A stretch of DNA of 56,820 bases, from positions 1-56,820 of IMG/VR virus record IMGVR_UViG_3300032248_000898; one strand, given 5' to 3'. Below are positions 37,121 to 46,721 of this stretch, piece by piece. Numbering within the stretch: the stretch's first letter is position 1; every line of letters starts with the position of its first letter. The notes beneath the pieces were generated by a model that made no database searches, was not told the DNA's origin, and worked only from the letters and a program-made list of their open reading frames with translations. Both the position numbers and the translations under genes were made by a program. Origin of the DNA: a virus (taxonomy: Duplodnaviria; Caudoviricetes).

Positions 37121-37543
37121 ATGTCTAGAGTCTTATATGTTCCGGAAGAATCTTTTATTACGGAAGATGTATTAGAACAGGCAAAAAAAACTGCTATAGC
37201 AATTCAAATTGGAGACTCTTCATTTACTGAATGTTTAGCATTTGACAGAACTAAAGTAAATGTAGTAAATATAGAAAAACAAGATGATTTTAGTTATTTG
37301 AAAAAACAAATAAAAAATCTTAATCAAGTAATTTCTTATACAACTGGAAAATATAATTTTAACAAAAGCATCAAATGCATCGTGCACAAAGATAACAATA
37401 AACAATATTATAATTCAATAGTATGTGAAAAAAATTTTGTATCATTTATATTTAAATGTAAAGAAATAGGAAAATATAATTTTAATATAGAATTTGAGAA
37501 TTCAATATTAGAAACTGGAGAATTTGAAATATATGAATTGTGA
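37121..37543 (+). CDS. Hypothetical protein (140 aa)
   Basis: ORF track; operon packing. Confidence 0.7.
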   Translation: MSRVLYVPEESFITEDVLEQAKKTAIAIQIGDSSFTECLAFDRTKVNVVNIEKQDDFSYLKKQIKNLNQVISYTTGKYNFNKSIKCIVHKDNNKQYYNSIVCEKNFVSFIFKCKEIGKYNFNIEFENSILETGEFEIYEL

Positions 37544-38105
37544 AGAGCCCATTGTTGGAGTCCACGTATACGACGATGTTTTTGAAGCAGGAAGTTTTAT
37601 TTCTCAATTAGAAGACGATTGCCTTGACGAGTGGGGCCCTTTATCCTGGAATGACTCAAAAGTAGGAGAAGGATTCTATAGTGAATATAGGTCTTCTAGA
37701 GAATGTGGTTTAATTGAAATAATGAAACCGTATCCAAGAATTAAAGTTAGTGAATTATTTTATAATAACATATACGATAAAATATACCCATGCTTGCAGA
37801 ATTATGTACAAACATACAATATAACAAGAATAGCCCATGAACCTTTTGTAGTTCTTAAATATATGAATGGTGGAAATTACAGAAATCACTCAGATTTTGG
37901 TCCAGAAAATCAAAGAATGTTTAGCATGGTTGCATTTTTAGATAATACAAGCACAGGTGGAAATTTAGAATTTCCTTATTTTAATATTGAAATTGAAGCA
38001 AAGCCTAAAAGAGTAGTGCTTTTTCCTGCTAATTTCCCTTATTCGCATATAGCACATTCTGTAGATGACGGAATTAAATATTCCCTAGTAACATGGTTTA
38101 GATAA
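37524..38105 (+). CDS. 2OG-Fe(II) oxygenase, prolyl-4-hydroxylase-like (start may be ATG 37533)
   Basis: HSD facial triad, GGNLEF, FPANFPYSH, V..GIKYSLVTW. Confidence 0.9.
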   Translation: MKYMNCEEPIVGVHVYDDVFEAGSFISQLEDDCLDEWGPLSWNDSKVGEGFYSEYRSSRECGLIEIMKPYPRIKVSELFYNNIYDKIYPCLQNYVQTYNITRIAHEPFVVLKYMNGGNYRNHSDFGPENQRMFSMVAFLDNTSTGGNLEFPYFNIEIEAKPKRVVLFPANFPYSHIAHSVDDGIKYSLVTWFR

Positions 38106-38115
38106 AGAGGGGTTT

Positions 38116-38346
38116 ATGGAACCAGAAATTATTATAGAAAATCTTATAAATTTTCAATCAATTGTAGATGAAGATGTAGATCAAGATAGTGAGGAACCAC
38201 AATCTCTAGCTCTTTTATCTTGGTCTAAAAAAAATAATCAAAACACTGATGAAAATAAAAAGTTTTCAGACTCAGGATGTCAAGCATTTAACGAGCTTGG
38301 ATTGTGGGTAAACCCTGCTATACTAGAAGAAGAAGAAGAAGGGTAG
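38116..38346 (+). CDS. Small acidic protein (76 aa)
   Basis: SD GAGGGG. Confidence 0.7.
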   Translation: MEPEIIIENLINFQSIVDEDVDQDSEEPQSLALLSWSKKNNQNTDENKKFSDSGCQAFNELGLWVNPAILEEEEEG

Positions 38347-38354
38347 AGAATAAT

Positions 38355-38579
38355 ATGGCAATTCATTACGATAAGCAAAAACATTTTAACTACATTCAAT
38401 CAAGAATTCAGTTAATGTCGGCCTCTGTAGGACTTGAATATAGTACAATAAATATTGACAACTATAAAGAGATAAGAGATAGCCTTAACACAATGTTGCT
38501 TGCACCTGAACTATACAGAAGAAAAGCTGAATTAAGAACTATTTTGTATCACTCACTACTAGTAAACGGAAATAATTAA
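38355..38579 (+). CDS. Small hypothetical protein (74 aa; ATG 38355 preferred over track start 38304)
   Basis: ATG follows the upstream stop at 38346; the longer version overlaps the previous gene. Confidence 0.7.
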   Translation: MAIHYDKQKHFNYIQSRIQLMSASVGLEYSTINIDNYKEIRDSLNTMLLAPELYRRKAELRTILYHSLLVNGNN

Positions 38580-38580
38580 A

Positions 38581-39312
38581 ATGACTAAACCAATCGATCT
38601 AGAAGAACCAACTTCTATCTCAGCTTCAAAAATGGGTTTAAAAATAAGTTCATTTGAAGGAATTTTTGATGAAAAAGATCCAATATTTAAATCTGATCAA
38701 GCAGCAATAGATTTTTCAAAATCTGCATATTTAGAATGGCAAAGTTTGGGACATGGCGATAGAGTATTGCAAGGTGGAGACGAATTTTATTCTACTGCAT
38801 TAATGGGTTCTGATGGTGGAGAAATTTTTCTTCCAATGGTTAAATTGGGAGTTTTAACAAATCAACTTTTTGTGCGTATGGTCAATCCCGTTAATTCTTT
38901 AGTTATACATGGGCCAGGCGCAATAGGTCAGGTTAGTTTATATTCACAAAATGTATATACACCACACAATGTTAATGCGTATTTAGCAGAGAAGTATCTT
39001 GATACTTCTGACTTAAACAATGTTACGATGATATCTTATGACGATATCTACAACAAAGTCTATGGTTATGATTACGCATGCATAATTATGGCGGCAACCG
39101 TGGATAGAGAACTTTTAACGGCTATACTTGATAGCATGAATCCAAAAGGTGTCTTGATACTTGCTAACTCTTCTAGTGGTGGAGATTTGTATATCAACTT
39201 AGAAGAATCTTACTCCTATCAAATTCATCAAGAGATTATAGAAAGAGGGGATTTTAGTCTCTATCATGTACCTAATTTTATGGCTCAAACAGTATGTATT
39301 AAGAATGGTTAA
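38581..39312 (+). CDS. Putative class I SAM-dependent methyltransferase-like protein
   Basis: SLVIHGPG, YDYACI, ILDSMNPKGVLIL resemble Rossmann MTase motifs, but motif I is weak. Confidence 0.5.
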   Translation: MTKPIDLEEPTSISASKMGLKISSFEGIFDEKDPIFKSDQAAIDFSKSAYLEWQSLGHGDRVLQGGDEFYSTALMGSDGGEIFLPMVKLGVLTNQLFVRMVNPVNSLVIHGPGAIGQVSLYSQNVYTPHNVNAYLAEKYLDTSDLNNVTMISYDDIYNKVYGYDYACIIMAATVDRELLTAILDSMNPKGVLILANSSSGGDLYINLEESYSYQIHQEIIERGDFSLYHVPNFMAQTVCIKNG

Positions 39313-39318
39313 TAAAAA

Positions 39319-40800
39319 ATGAAAGAAAAAATTTCTTTAGGAATTGTTGGCTCTGGAACAGCTGGTTTAATATCGGCAATAATGCTTAGAAGAGCTTTTC
39401 CTAACTCTGAAATAACAGTAATATCATCTTCAGATATAGGCATAATAGGGGTTGGAGAAGGTTCTACTGAACATTGGAAAGAGTTCATGAACACGTGCAA
39501 TATACCAATGTTTGACATGTTATCAAAAACTGGAGCAACTCATAAATATGGAATACGATTTGAAAATTGGTCTAAAAAATTTCCAGATTATTTTCATTCT
39601 GTATCTGGAGATGAAAAACATTTTGCGTTTGGTTTGTATCCAACTTATTCAGGTTTTGTAGAACAAGAAAAAACTCTTACTTCCCAGACCTCATCCATTG
39701 GCCTAATCGAGGATAAGGTAAGAAAGCAAAAAACTCACGATAGCGTAAATCAATTCCATTTTGACACCGTTAAACTAAATGGCTATTTTTCGGAAATATG
39801 TTTTAATAGACAAATAAGAATGATTGAAGGCGAAGTATCAGATGTTAATCTTGACTCTGAGTTTGGAACAATAAAATCCGTTATATTAAAAGATGACACT
39901 ACATTTGAAGCAGATTTTTGGATTGACGCTACTGGCTTTAAAAAAGCTTTAATAAGTAAAGTCTCTGATCCAGAGTGGAATTCTTTTTCGGAATATCTAT
40001 GCGTAGATTCAGCTTTTGCATTTCCTAGTCCTTCTGATCAAAATGATAAGATAAGATCATACACAAGAGCAAGAGCTATGTCTTCAGGTTGGATGTGGGA
40101 AATTCCCACTCAAGATAGAAGAGGTAATGGATATGTTTTTAGTTCTAAATTTATAACTTTAGAAGAAGCAGTTAAAGAAGCTTCAAAGGCTGTAGGTTTT
40201 GAGGTTAAACCAGCTAAAGTTTTTAATTTTGATCCAGGACATCTAAAAAATCCTTGGGTAAAAAATTGTGCAGCTATTGGTCTTTCATCTTCTTTTGTTG
40301 AGCCGCTTGAAGCAACTTCTATAGGAAGTACTATACAGCAGCTAAAATGGCTTATTCCATCTGTTGCAAATTACAAAAAATCAAATACACACATGCAAAA
40401 GTTCTACAATAAACAATTTAATATGATGATGGATAATATATTAAGCATGATTAGACTTCACTATATGTCTGATAGAGATGATACAGAATTTTGGAGATAT
40501 GCTTCATCAAGACCGATTAATCAAAGCCTGCAAGAGTATTTAGATCTCTGGTCAGAGAGAACTCCTTCTAGGTATGATATACCGTCAAACAACGGAGAAA
40601 TGTTCTTGTCTGCTCACATGATTCACGTAGCTCAAGGGCAGAATTTACTAAACGCCACTGATGCTGGTTTATTTATAGATAATATGTGCTTGAGAGAAGA
40701 AGTTAAAAAAGATATGTCAGACAAGCGTTTGGGAAGAAACGATCATGAGCTAGTAGACCATAAACAGTCTCTAATGGAGCTATATGAAGAGTGGAATTAA
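39319..40800 (+). CDS. Flavin-dependent tryptophan halogenase-like protein (PrnA/RebH family)
   Basis: GSGTAG, IGVGEGS, ATHKYGIRFENW (catalytic Lys position), GWMWEIP, FVEPLEATSI. Confidence 0.92.
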   Translation: MKEKISLGIVGSGTAGLISAIMLRRAFPNSEITVISSSDIGIIGVGEGSTEHWKEFMNTCNIPMFDMLSKTGATHKYGIRFENWSKKFPDYFHSVSGDEKHFAFGLYPTYSGFVEQEKTLTSQTSSIGLIEDKVRKQKTHDSVNQFHFDTVKLNGYFSEICFNRQIRMIEGEVSDVNLDSEFGTIKSVILKDDTTFEADFWIDATGFKKALISKVSDPEWNSFSEYLCVDSAFAFPSPSDQNDKIRSYTRARAMSSGWMWEIPTQDRRGNGYVFSSKFITLEEAVKEASKAVGFEVKPAKVFNFDPGHLKNPWVKNCAAIGLSSSFVEPLEATSIGSTIQQLKWLIPSVANYKKSNTHMQKFYNKQFNMMMDNILSMIRLHYMSDRDDTEFWRYASSRPINQSLQEYLDLWSERTPSRYDIPSNNGEMFLSAHMIHVAQGQNLLNATDAGLFIDNMCLREEVKKDMSDKRLGRNDHELVDHKQSLMELYEEWN

Positions 40801-41593
40801 AAAGAAGTACAAAGACATAAAAGTTAAGCCAGGGCAAATACTATTTGTTCCTTCTGATAATAGACTTTTAGAAATGCAACCTTATGTAAATACTTCATCT
40901 AATCCACCTGGTTGGTTTAGAAAAATAGGAAAATTTCCAGGATCATTAAGAAGATGCGCTGGAATTTCAGAGTATCTTTCTATTGGAGTTACTCTTCCAG
41001 CTTGGTCAAATTTTAGATTTAAAAACACTGGTCGTGACTCTATTTGGGAAGTTGCAACTGATCAATTTGAACTTCCAAAAGATAATTATCCAATAATAGT
41101 TCAGTCATTTGAAGTTAGTCAAACTGGAAAATGTCCAATGACAGATATGAGAGATCAGGACGTAAAAAACGGTAGTTACCCAAAATTAGTAAATCCTTGG
41201 AGAATTGTTACAGCTCCTGGTTGGTCAACAATAGTATTGCCAAATTTATTTGAACCAAATAAAAATTACACAATACTCCCTGCTATAATTCATACAGATT
41301 TTTACCATACTTTAAACATAGTTTTAAACATTACTGGAAATGAAGATTTTAATATTAATTATGGAGATTGTATTGTTCAATTAATCCCATTCAAAAGAGA
41401 TTCAGATTTTAACGAAGTGTTACTCGAAGATGAAGATGTTTTTAAATACGTTATGACTAGAGGTTTTGGATCTGGTGGGCTATCATTAGTTCCAGGTTTA
41501 AGTACGGCTAGACCTTATCGTATGGAAAGAATTAGATTAGATAAAGAGTTAAAAGAGAAAGAGCATAAAAAGTTTTGGAAAAGAAAAAATTAG
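40784..41593 (+). CDS. Hypothetical beta-strand-rich phage protein
   Basis: KLVNPWRIVTAPGWS...PAIIHTD...GDCIVQLIPFKR; a type often found beside phage 2OG oxygenases (from recall, not a search). Confidence 0.7.
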   Translation: MKSGIKKKYKDIKVKPGQILFVPSDNRLLEMQPYVNTSSNPPGWFRKIGKFPGSLRRCAGISEYLSIGVTLPAWSNFRFKNTGRDSIWEVATDQFELPKDNYPIIVQSFEVSQTGKCPMTDMRDQDVKNGSYPKLVNPWRIVTAPGWSTIVLPNLFEPNKNYTILPAIIHTDFYHTLNIVLNITGNEDFNINYGDCIVQLIPFKRDSDFNEVLLEDEDVFKYVMTRGFGSGGLSLVPGLSTARPYRMERIRLDKELKEKEHKKFWKRKN

Positions 41594-42288
41594 AATTTCC
41601 ATTAGGTATATCTGGAGCTATAGCATACAAGGATAATGTTCTGTCTGATTTTTTGTGTAATTCAATAATTGATTTTATGCAAAAAGAAGAAAATAAAAAT
41701 CTACATAGAGTAGGTTTAACAATTTCCGGTGTTTTATCAGATCATAAAATATGCACTGATGCTACAATCAGTTCAGGCCACCCTTCAGTTTTGGATCATC
41801 AAAAAGAAATTTTAGATGTGTTCAGTGCACAAATTTTTTCTTCTTTTTCCCCAGTAATTGAAGAGTATACTAAAGAATACGAACATATGAATTTTTGGCT
41901 AGATAGACGAGATACTGGTTATCAATATCAGCACTACGTTAAGGAAAAGGGTCAATATAAGGTTCATGTAGATGGAAGCTCATTTGATAAGCCTGGTTTT
42001 TCTGAAAGAGTTTTAGCCGTTATTATGTACCTTAATACCGTAGAAGAAGGTGGAGGGACAGATTTCCCAATGCATAACCTAACAGTTAATGCCGTCAGAG
42101 GAAGAATTGCTATCTTTCCAACTAATTTTAATTACCCACATGCAGGAATAATGCCAATATCCAGCGACAAGCATATCATTAGCTCATTTATGTATTGCCC
42201 TTTGACTAGGGCTCATTTTGATAGAGCTAGTAGTTATTGGGGAGATGTTTTGGCTGAAAATGCAGATATAGAACAACAATTATCATGA
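41575..42288 (+). CDS. 2OG-Fe(II) oxygenase, prolyl-4-hydroxylase-like
   Basis: HVD, YLNTVEEGGGTDF, FPTNFNYPHAG, SDKHII. Confidence 0.9.
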   Translation: MEKKKLEFPLGISGAIAYKDNVLSDFLCNSIIDFMQKEENKNLHRVGLTISGVLSDHKICTDATISSGHPSVLDHQKEILDVFSAQIFSSFSPVIEEYTKEYEHMNFWLDRRDTGYQYQHYVKEKGQYKVHVDGSSFDKPGFSERVLAVIMYLNTVEEGGGTDFPMHNLTVNAVRGRIAIFPTNFNYPHAGIMPISSDKHIISSFMYCPLTRAHFDRASSYWGDVLAENADIEQQLS

Positions 42289-42566
42289 ACAAAATAGTTA
42301 ATGCCATAAAAACTATGTCCTCTAAAGAATACTGGAATAAAGTTAATACGGTTGAGGCTTGGGGCTTTGCTACAAAAATTGCAATTATCTTCCCAGGTCT
42401 TCTTTTTGATAAACAATTATGGTGGTTATATATATTCGCTATCTTTTCGAGCGTAAGCCTTATCTGGACATCAACCCGCAAGACTCTCCCTACGATTATC
42501 CTTTTCAATGTTGCTTGGGTAATTCTAGCCAGTTTGTCAATTGTTAAGCACTTTTGGTGGTTTTAA
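42285..42566 (+). CDS. Small membrane protein (3 TM helices)
   Basis: Three hydrophobic segments; ATGA overlap with the upstream gene. Confidence 0.75.
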   Translation: MNKIVNAIKTMSSKEYWNKVNTVEAWGFATKIAIIFPGLLFDKQLWWLYIFAIFSSVSLIWTSTRKTLPTIILFNVAWVILASLSIVKHFWWF

Positions 42567-42618
42567 AAATATAAACATGTTACTATAAATATGGATTTGT
42601 ATTTAAAGCGAGGGTTAC

Positions 42619-42906
42619 ATGAGATACAATGATACTATAGCCTACAATGAACCAAGCGTAGCTTATGTTGGGACTGTAGAAATAAGGGTTCCAGGTCTTT
42701 CTAATCCTATTATAGTAAATAATTTAACTGTTAACTTTGCTAATACTGTAGATTACAGTAACCAGACTACGATAGGTTTTATTACTATTAATTCTGTAGC
42801 TACTGGATACATAGTCATAGAGGCAGATTTCCAGCAAGCTCGCGCTATATCTAATGCAGAAACCATAACGATAAGCTCTGCTTCCGAGGTATCTATTCAG
42901 TATTAA
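42619..42906 (+). CDS. Putative virion protein (95 aa)
   Basis: SD GAGGG; TACTATA motif upstream. Confidence 0.7.
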   Translation: MRYNDTIAYNEPSVAYVGTVEIRVPGLSNPIIVNNLTVNFANTVDYSNQTTIGFITINSVATGYIVIEADFQQARAISNAETITISSASEVSIQY

Positions 42907-42951
42907 ATACTGTAGGTACTATAGTGGATTATGATTAAAAATGGAGTCTAA

Positions 42952-43872
42952 ATGTCAAGTGCAATTTTAATAAATGATACTGTAAGAATTAAAGTTAAAT
43001 TTATAGATGTTAATTCTATAACTGGAGAGCCTGTAGATGTACATCCAGTATCTGTTCACGTAGTCATAAAAAATGCTATAAACTATAGCGTCGTTGACAC
43101 AAGCGCTCCTTCGTTGACCAGCTCAGAATATTATTATGATTTTAAACCAACTGAACCCGGGCAGTATCATGTAACTTTTACTGGATCATTGTCAGACAAT
43201 ACTCAAATAGTCGTAAACCAATCTTTGTATGTAAACGATTCTGATAGTAAATATAAGCCATTAATTACCCTAAAAGCAGATGAAACGATCATGTTTGCTG
43301 CAGATGTTGCCCCTTTGTACTTAGAACCGGAAGAAATATTTAACTTTTTTCCAGACGCACCCTTGCTAGAAATAGGGGAATTAGTTCATCACTATTCTGT
43401 TGAAATTAAACAAATGTTTAAATTACAAGAATTAGATGATGGTTCTACATTAAACTTTACTTTATCTGAATACATTAAAGCCTCAGTATGTTGTGAGCTA
43501 AGTAGAACTTATGGTTTTGGGGGAGATGATGAGCTTGAATTAAAATTAGCTGACTTAAGCATAACGAATAGATCTAACCCTAGGGATAACGTTAACAGAG
43601 GCAATGCCGTAACTTGGTGTCAATTGGCTGCAGCTTTAAGAAAAGAAGTAGCAGCAGCAAGAGTCGGAATGAAAGCGGTTGTACCCAAGGGTCTTCCTTC
43701 TCAAAAAATCTCTTCTTCTGGTTTAAATTTTGATCCATTAACTGGCAGTGTAATATATCCATTAACAGGGGCAATTGTCTACTTACCGGGAAGAGATCAA
43801 TATGGATCAGTTAATAATGAAACATTTCAGGGATCTCCCATCCCCACAAGAGGCCTAAAGAAGTATGATTGA
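42952..43872 (+). CDS. Putative head-tail adaptor with an N-terminal Ig-like domain
   Basis: YYYDFKPTEPGQYHVTFTG; helical C-terminal part with KLADLSIT; position before the neck and tail genes. Confidence 0.6.
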   Translation: MSSAILINDTVRIKVKFIDVNSITGEPVDVHPVSVHVVIKNAINYSVVDTSAPSLTSSEYYYDFKPTEPGQYHVTFTGSLSDNTQIVVNQSLYVNDSDSKYKPLITLKADETIMFAADVAPLYLEPEEIFNFFPDAPLLEIGELVHHYSVEIKQMFKLQELDDGSTLNFTLSEYIKASVCCELSRTYGFGGDDELELKLADLSITNRSNPRDNVNRGNAVTWCQLAAALRKEVAAARVGMKAVVPKGLPSQKISSSGLNFDPLTGSVIYPLTGAIVYLPGRDQYGSVNNETFQGSPIPTRGLKKYD

Positions 43873-44242
43873 TCCAGCTAAAACTTTTAAGCAAATACTT
43901 AGACAATATGGACATGATGTTTTAATACAGAGAAGATTAGATGATAATTTTTTATATTCTGAAAAATTTGAAAGAGTAACAACAAGACACTTTTTTCCTT
44001 CAGATGAAGCTATGGCTCAAATACAAAAAGAAGACATAGAAGGAATTAATACTGGTATAGATTTAGTTTATTATTTTGAATCCACTGTAAATCCCAGACA
44101 AAACGACAGGATATACGAACAGGACCCAAGGAACACTGACGGAGCCAATCTTTACTTAATTGACTTTGCAGCACCAGTTCGTGGTAAAATGGGTAAGATT
44201 GTTTATTGGATTGCTGGAGTAACCAAAGAAAGACCAAACTAA
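43865..44242 (+). CDS. Putative head closure/stopper protein
   Basis: LRQYGHDVLIQR...YYFE..VNP...DRIYE; size and position. Confidence 0.6.
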   Translation: MIDPAKTFKQILRQYGHDVLIQRRLDDNFLYSEKFERVTTRHFFPSDEAMAQIQKEDIEGINTGIDLVYYFESTVNPRQNDRIYEQDPRNTDGANLYLIDFAAPVRGKMGKIVYWIAGVTKERPN

Positions 44243-45898
44243 ATGTTGATTTTATCGCCTGGTGAAACTGGTAGTTTTGAATTTATTTTTAATCAAAATG
44301 GGTCATTTTATGATCCAACGTTAGGAGCTACTCCTAGTGATGTAATAATATCAGTATACAGAGGCGACTTAGGTGCAGGTCCAATAATAGATGGACCATA
44401 TTCCTACATCATGCAAGGCGCAACTGTCAATTCTAATTACATAGAAAAGACCTCAAGCAACACTCTATATTATGGCAATTACGGAGATAATCCGGGAGAC
44501 ATTGTTACATCTCATGATATAGTTAAATTTACTTTACACTATACTGTTCCTGAAAATACATTTCCGGGAAATTATTCGGTAGTTGCATCAACTTATTATG
44601 AAGCAACTGTAATGCAGTACACTGCACAGTTTCAAGTACCACAGCAAGAAAGAACAACAGTAAGTTCTTTTTCAGATGGAGATAAGGGACTATCTACTTC
44701 TTTTGTTCCATCTTTTGATTCATTAGATCAATACAAAACTAATTCCATACTTTTAATAGGTCATGCTGATGGCCTAGAGCTTAATTCGGTTAGAAGAATA
44801 AGAAGCATACAAGAAGGAATAGATTTACTTAACGCTAATTATAATTCACCTTTGCTAAGAGGCATATTCGACGCTTACGCGCACGGGGCTAGGGACATAT
44901 ACATATGCGCTGCCGCACCCATGAGAGAGTATGAGTCGACCACTCAGGCTAGGTTGTCTAGAATACCAACCTACACATATGCCGATGCTACACCGTTGTT
45001 AATGAATTTTTACGAAAAATATTATAGTAGATTAGAAGAAACTTACAAAGCAATTGTCGACCATGATTACATAGATATAATCGTGCCTCTAGAGACTAGT
45101 ATTATAAATACTGGTTCAATAGACTTCATTACTCAATTAGCTTCATATTGCCAAAACTTTCATAACAAAACTGGATTTATACAAATTGGTGTTATTGGTT
45201 CTAGGAACAATGGAATAAACGTAGAGGATATAACTACTTTTAAAAATGACACTAGATTTACTTCAAAATACACCATGTTGTCTCCCACTAAAGAAATATT
45301 AGGAGACATGGGAAGATTCATAATGCCAGTGTATGGCGAAGTTGTTATGAATCATAATTTCTTAAATATTACATATACATCTTCAGTATCTACTAGTGCC
45401 GCTGGATTACTGTCAAGTACTCCAGTTAATAGGTCTTTAATAAGATCTAGACTTCTTCCTGTGTTTGGAATTAGTGGAGTTAACTTAAGTCAATTGCAAG
45501 TAGAAGAATTAGAAAAGCTTGGCATTAACACTGTTGTCAAAGGGGCAAGAAGTAGAAGAGGTAGTATTAGTGATATCTATCTTACCAATGACCATTCTAT
45601 GGCTAGCAAGAGTTCGGTGTACAACAAGATTCATCAAATGAGACTTGTTTCTATGATAATAAATGAAATTATTTCTTTAGGAAATAGATCGACTAGTAAG
45701 TTTAGCGCACAGGCATTAATATCTGATGTTAAACAAACTCTTCAATTTTTAAAAAAGAATACAATAATTATGGATTATGCATTAGAGGCTTATTCAGATG
45801 AGTTAGTCAAAGGTAAGGTTTATTTTGATATAAGCATTACCTCAGTGATGTCTTTGAGAAAAGTATCATTTAGCATTTCCTCAGGACAAGGAGCCTAA
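44243..45898 (+). CDS. Tail-sheath-like protein (paralog) with an N-terminal Ig-like domain
   Basis: C-terminal LEKLGINTVV...MRLVSMII...IIMDY pattern parallels 46722. Confidence 0.65.
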   Translation: MLILSPGETGSFEFIFNQNGSFYDPTLGATPSDVIISVYRGDLGAGPIIDGPYSYIMQGATVNSNYIEKTSSNTLYYGNYGDNPGDIVTSHDIVKFTLHYTVPENTFPGNYSVVASTYYEATVMQYTAQFQVPQQERTTVSSFSDGDKGLSTSFVPSFDSLDQYKTNSILLIGHADGLELNSVRRIRSIQEGIDLLNANYNSPLLRGIFDAYAHGARDIYICAAAPMREYESTTQARLSRIPTYTYADATPLLMNFYEKYYSRLEETYKAIVDHDYIDIIVPLETSIINTGSIDFITQLASYCQNFHNKTGFIQIGVIGSRNNGINVEDITTFKNDTRFTSKYTMLSPTKEILGDMGRFIMPVYGEVVMNHNFLNITYTSSVSTSAAGLLSSTPVNRSLIRSRLLPVFGISGVNLSQLQVEELEKLGINTVVKGARSRRGSISDIYLTNDHSMASKSSVYNKIHQMRLVSMIINEIISLGNRSTSKFSAQALISDVKQTLQFLKKNTIIMDYALEAYSDELVKGKVYFDISITSVMSLRKVSFSISSGQGA

Positions 45899-45899
45899 C

Positions 45900-46640
45900 A
45901 TGGCACAGAATGCATTCGGTTTTCCAGAGCCAAGAGTTGGAGACGTATCAATAGATAGGGCATTCGGCCCACCCTTGCAGGCAGCTGGAAACTTAACTTA
46001 TGTAGAATTTATATCAGTTGTTAAGCTATTGTGGGAAAATATACATCCAGATATTCCTTTTATTCCAAATCACGGCGGTCAATATTCCGTCTATCCAGCT
46101 ATAGTATATGGCCTTGAATTAAGAAAGGCTCATACTACCGAACCTAAGCCAAGAAGTAGGCAGGTTATAGAAAAAGATAGAATGGTATTTGGACAAAGAT
46201 TCCAAAATGTAGTTTCTTTTACTATTATAACAAAAGCATCTAGGGGTAGTTCTGCTTCTAATGTAGATGAAGGTAGGTACGTTGGGGCTGAAGTAGCAGA
46301 TGCTTTGGCTGAGGTATTTGAAGATTTTATGTTAGAGTATACTCCAGTTTTTAAAAGATTGGGAGCTTCTGAGTTTGTGTACGCAAGAAGACTAGCCGAC
46401 TCTCAAGAAACTAGAGATAATATTGACATCATCAAGAGAACAATAACATACCTACTAACTACTGAAAAATTAATAGCTACATCCGTCTCTGTTATAGAGA
46501 AGATAGCAATAGATGTCAGAAGGTATATCGCGCACGAAAGCAGCCTTATACCAGATCCATTCAATCCAGCAACTCCTGATTACGGCAACATGCCCATAAC
46601 TGTTGTAGACCTATATCAAAGTGCCACACCCAATAATTAA
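45900..46640 (+). CDS. Putative tail terminator/completion protein
   Basis: Immediately before the sheath; YPAIVY, FQNVVSFTI, ADALAEVFEDFM. Confidence 0.6.
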   Translation: MAQNAFGFPEPRVGDVSIDRAFGPPLQAAGNLTYVEFISVVKLLWENIHPDIPFIPNHGGQYSVYPAIVYGLELRKAHTTEPKPRSRQVIEKDRMVFGQRFQNVVSFTIITKASRGSSASNVDEGRYVGAEVADALAEVFEDFMLEYTPVFKRLGASEFVYARRLADSQETRDNIDIIKRTITYLLTTEKLIATSVSVIEKIAIDVRRYIAHESSLIPDPFNPATPDYGNMPITVVDLYQSATPNN

Positions 46641-46721
46641 GCATCGTTGTTTTTATAGGTTAATCGTTACTATAGATTGGGAATAGACCTAGTATAAGGC
46701 AAACCGGAGGTTTAAAATTCA

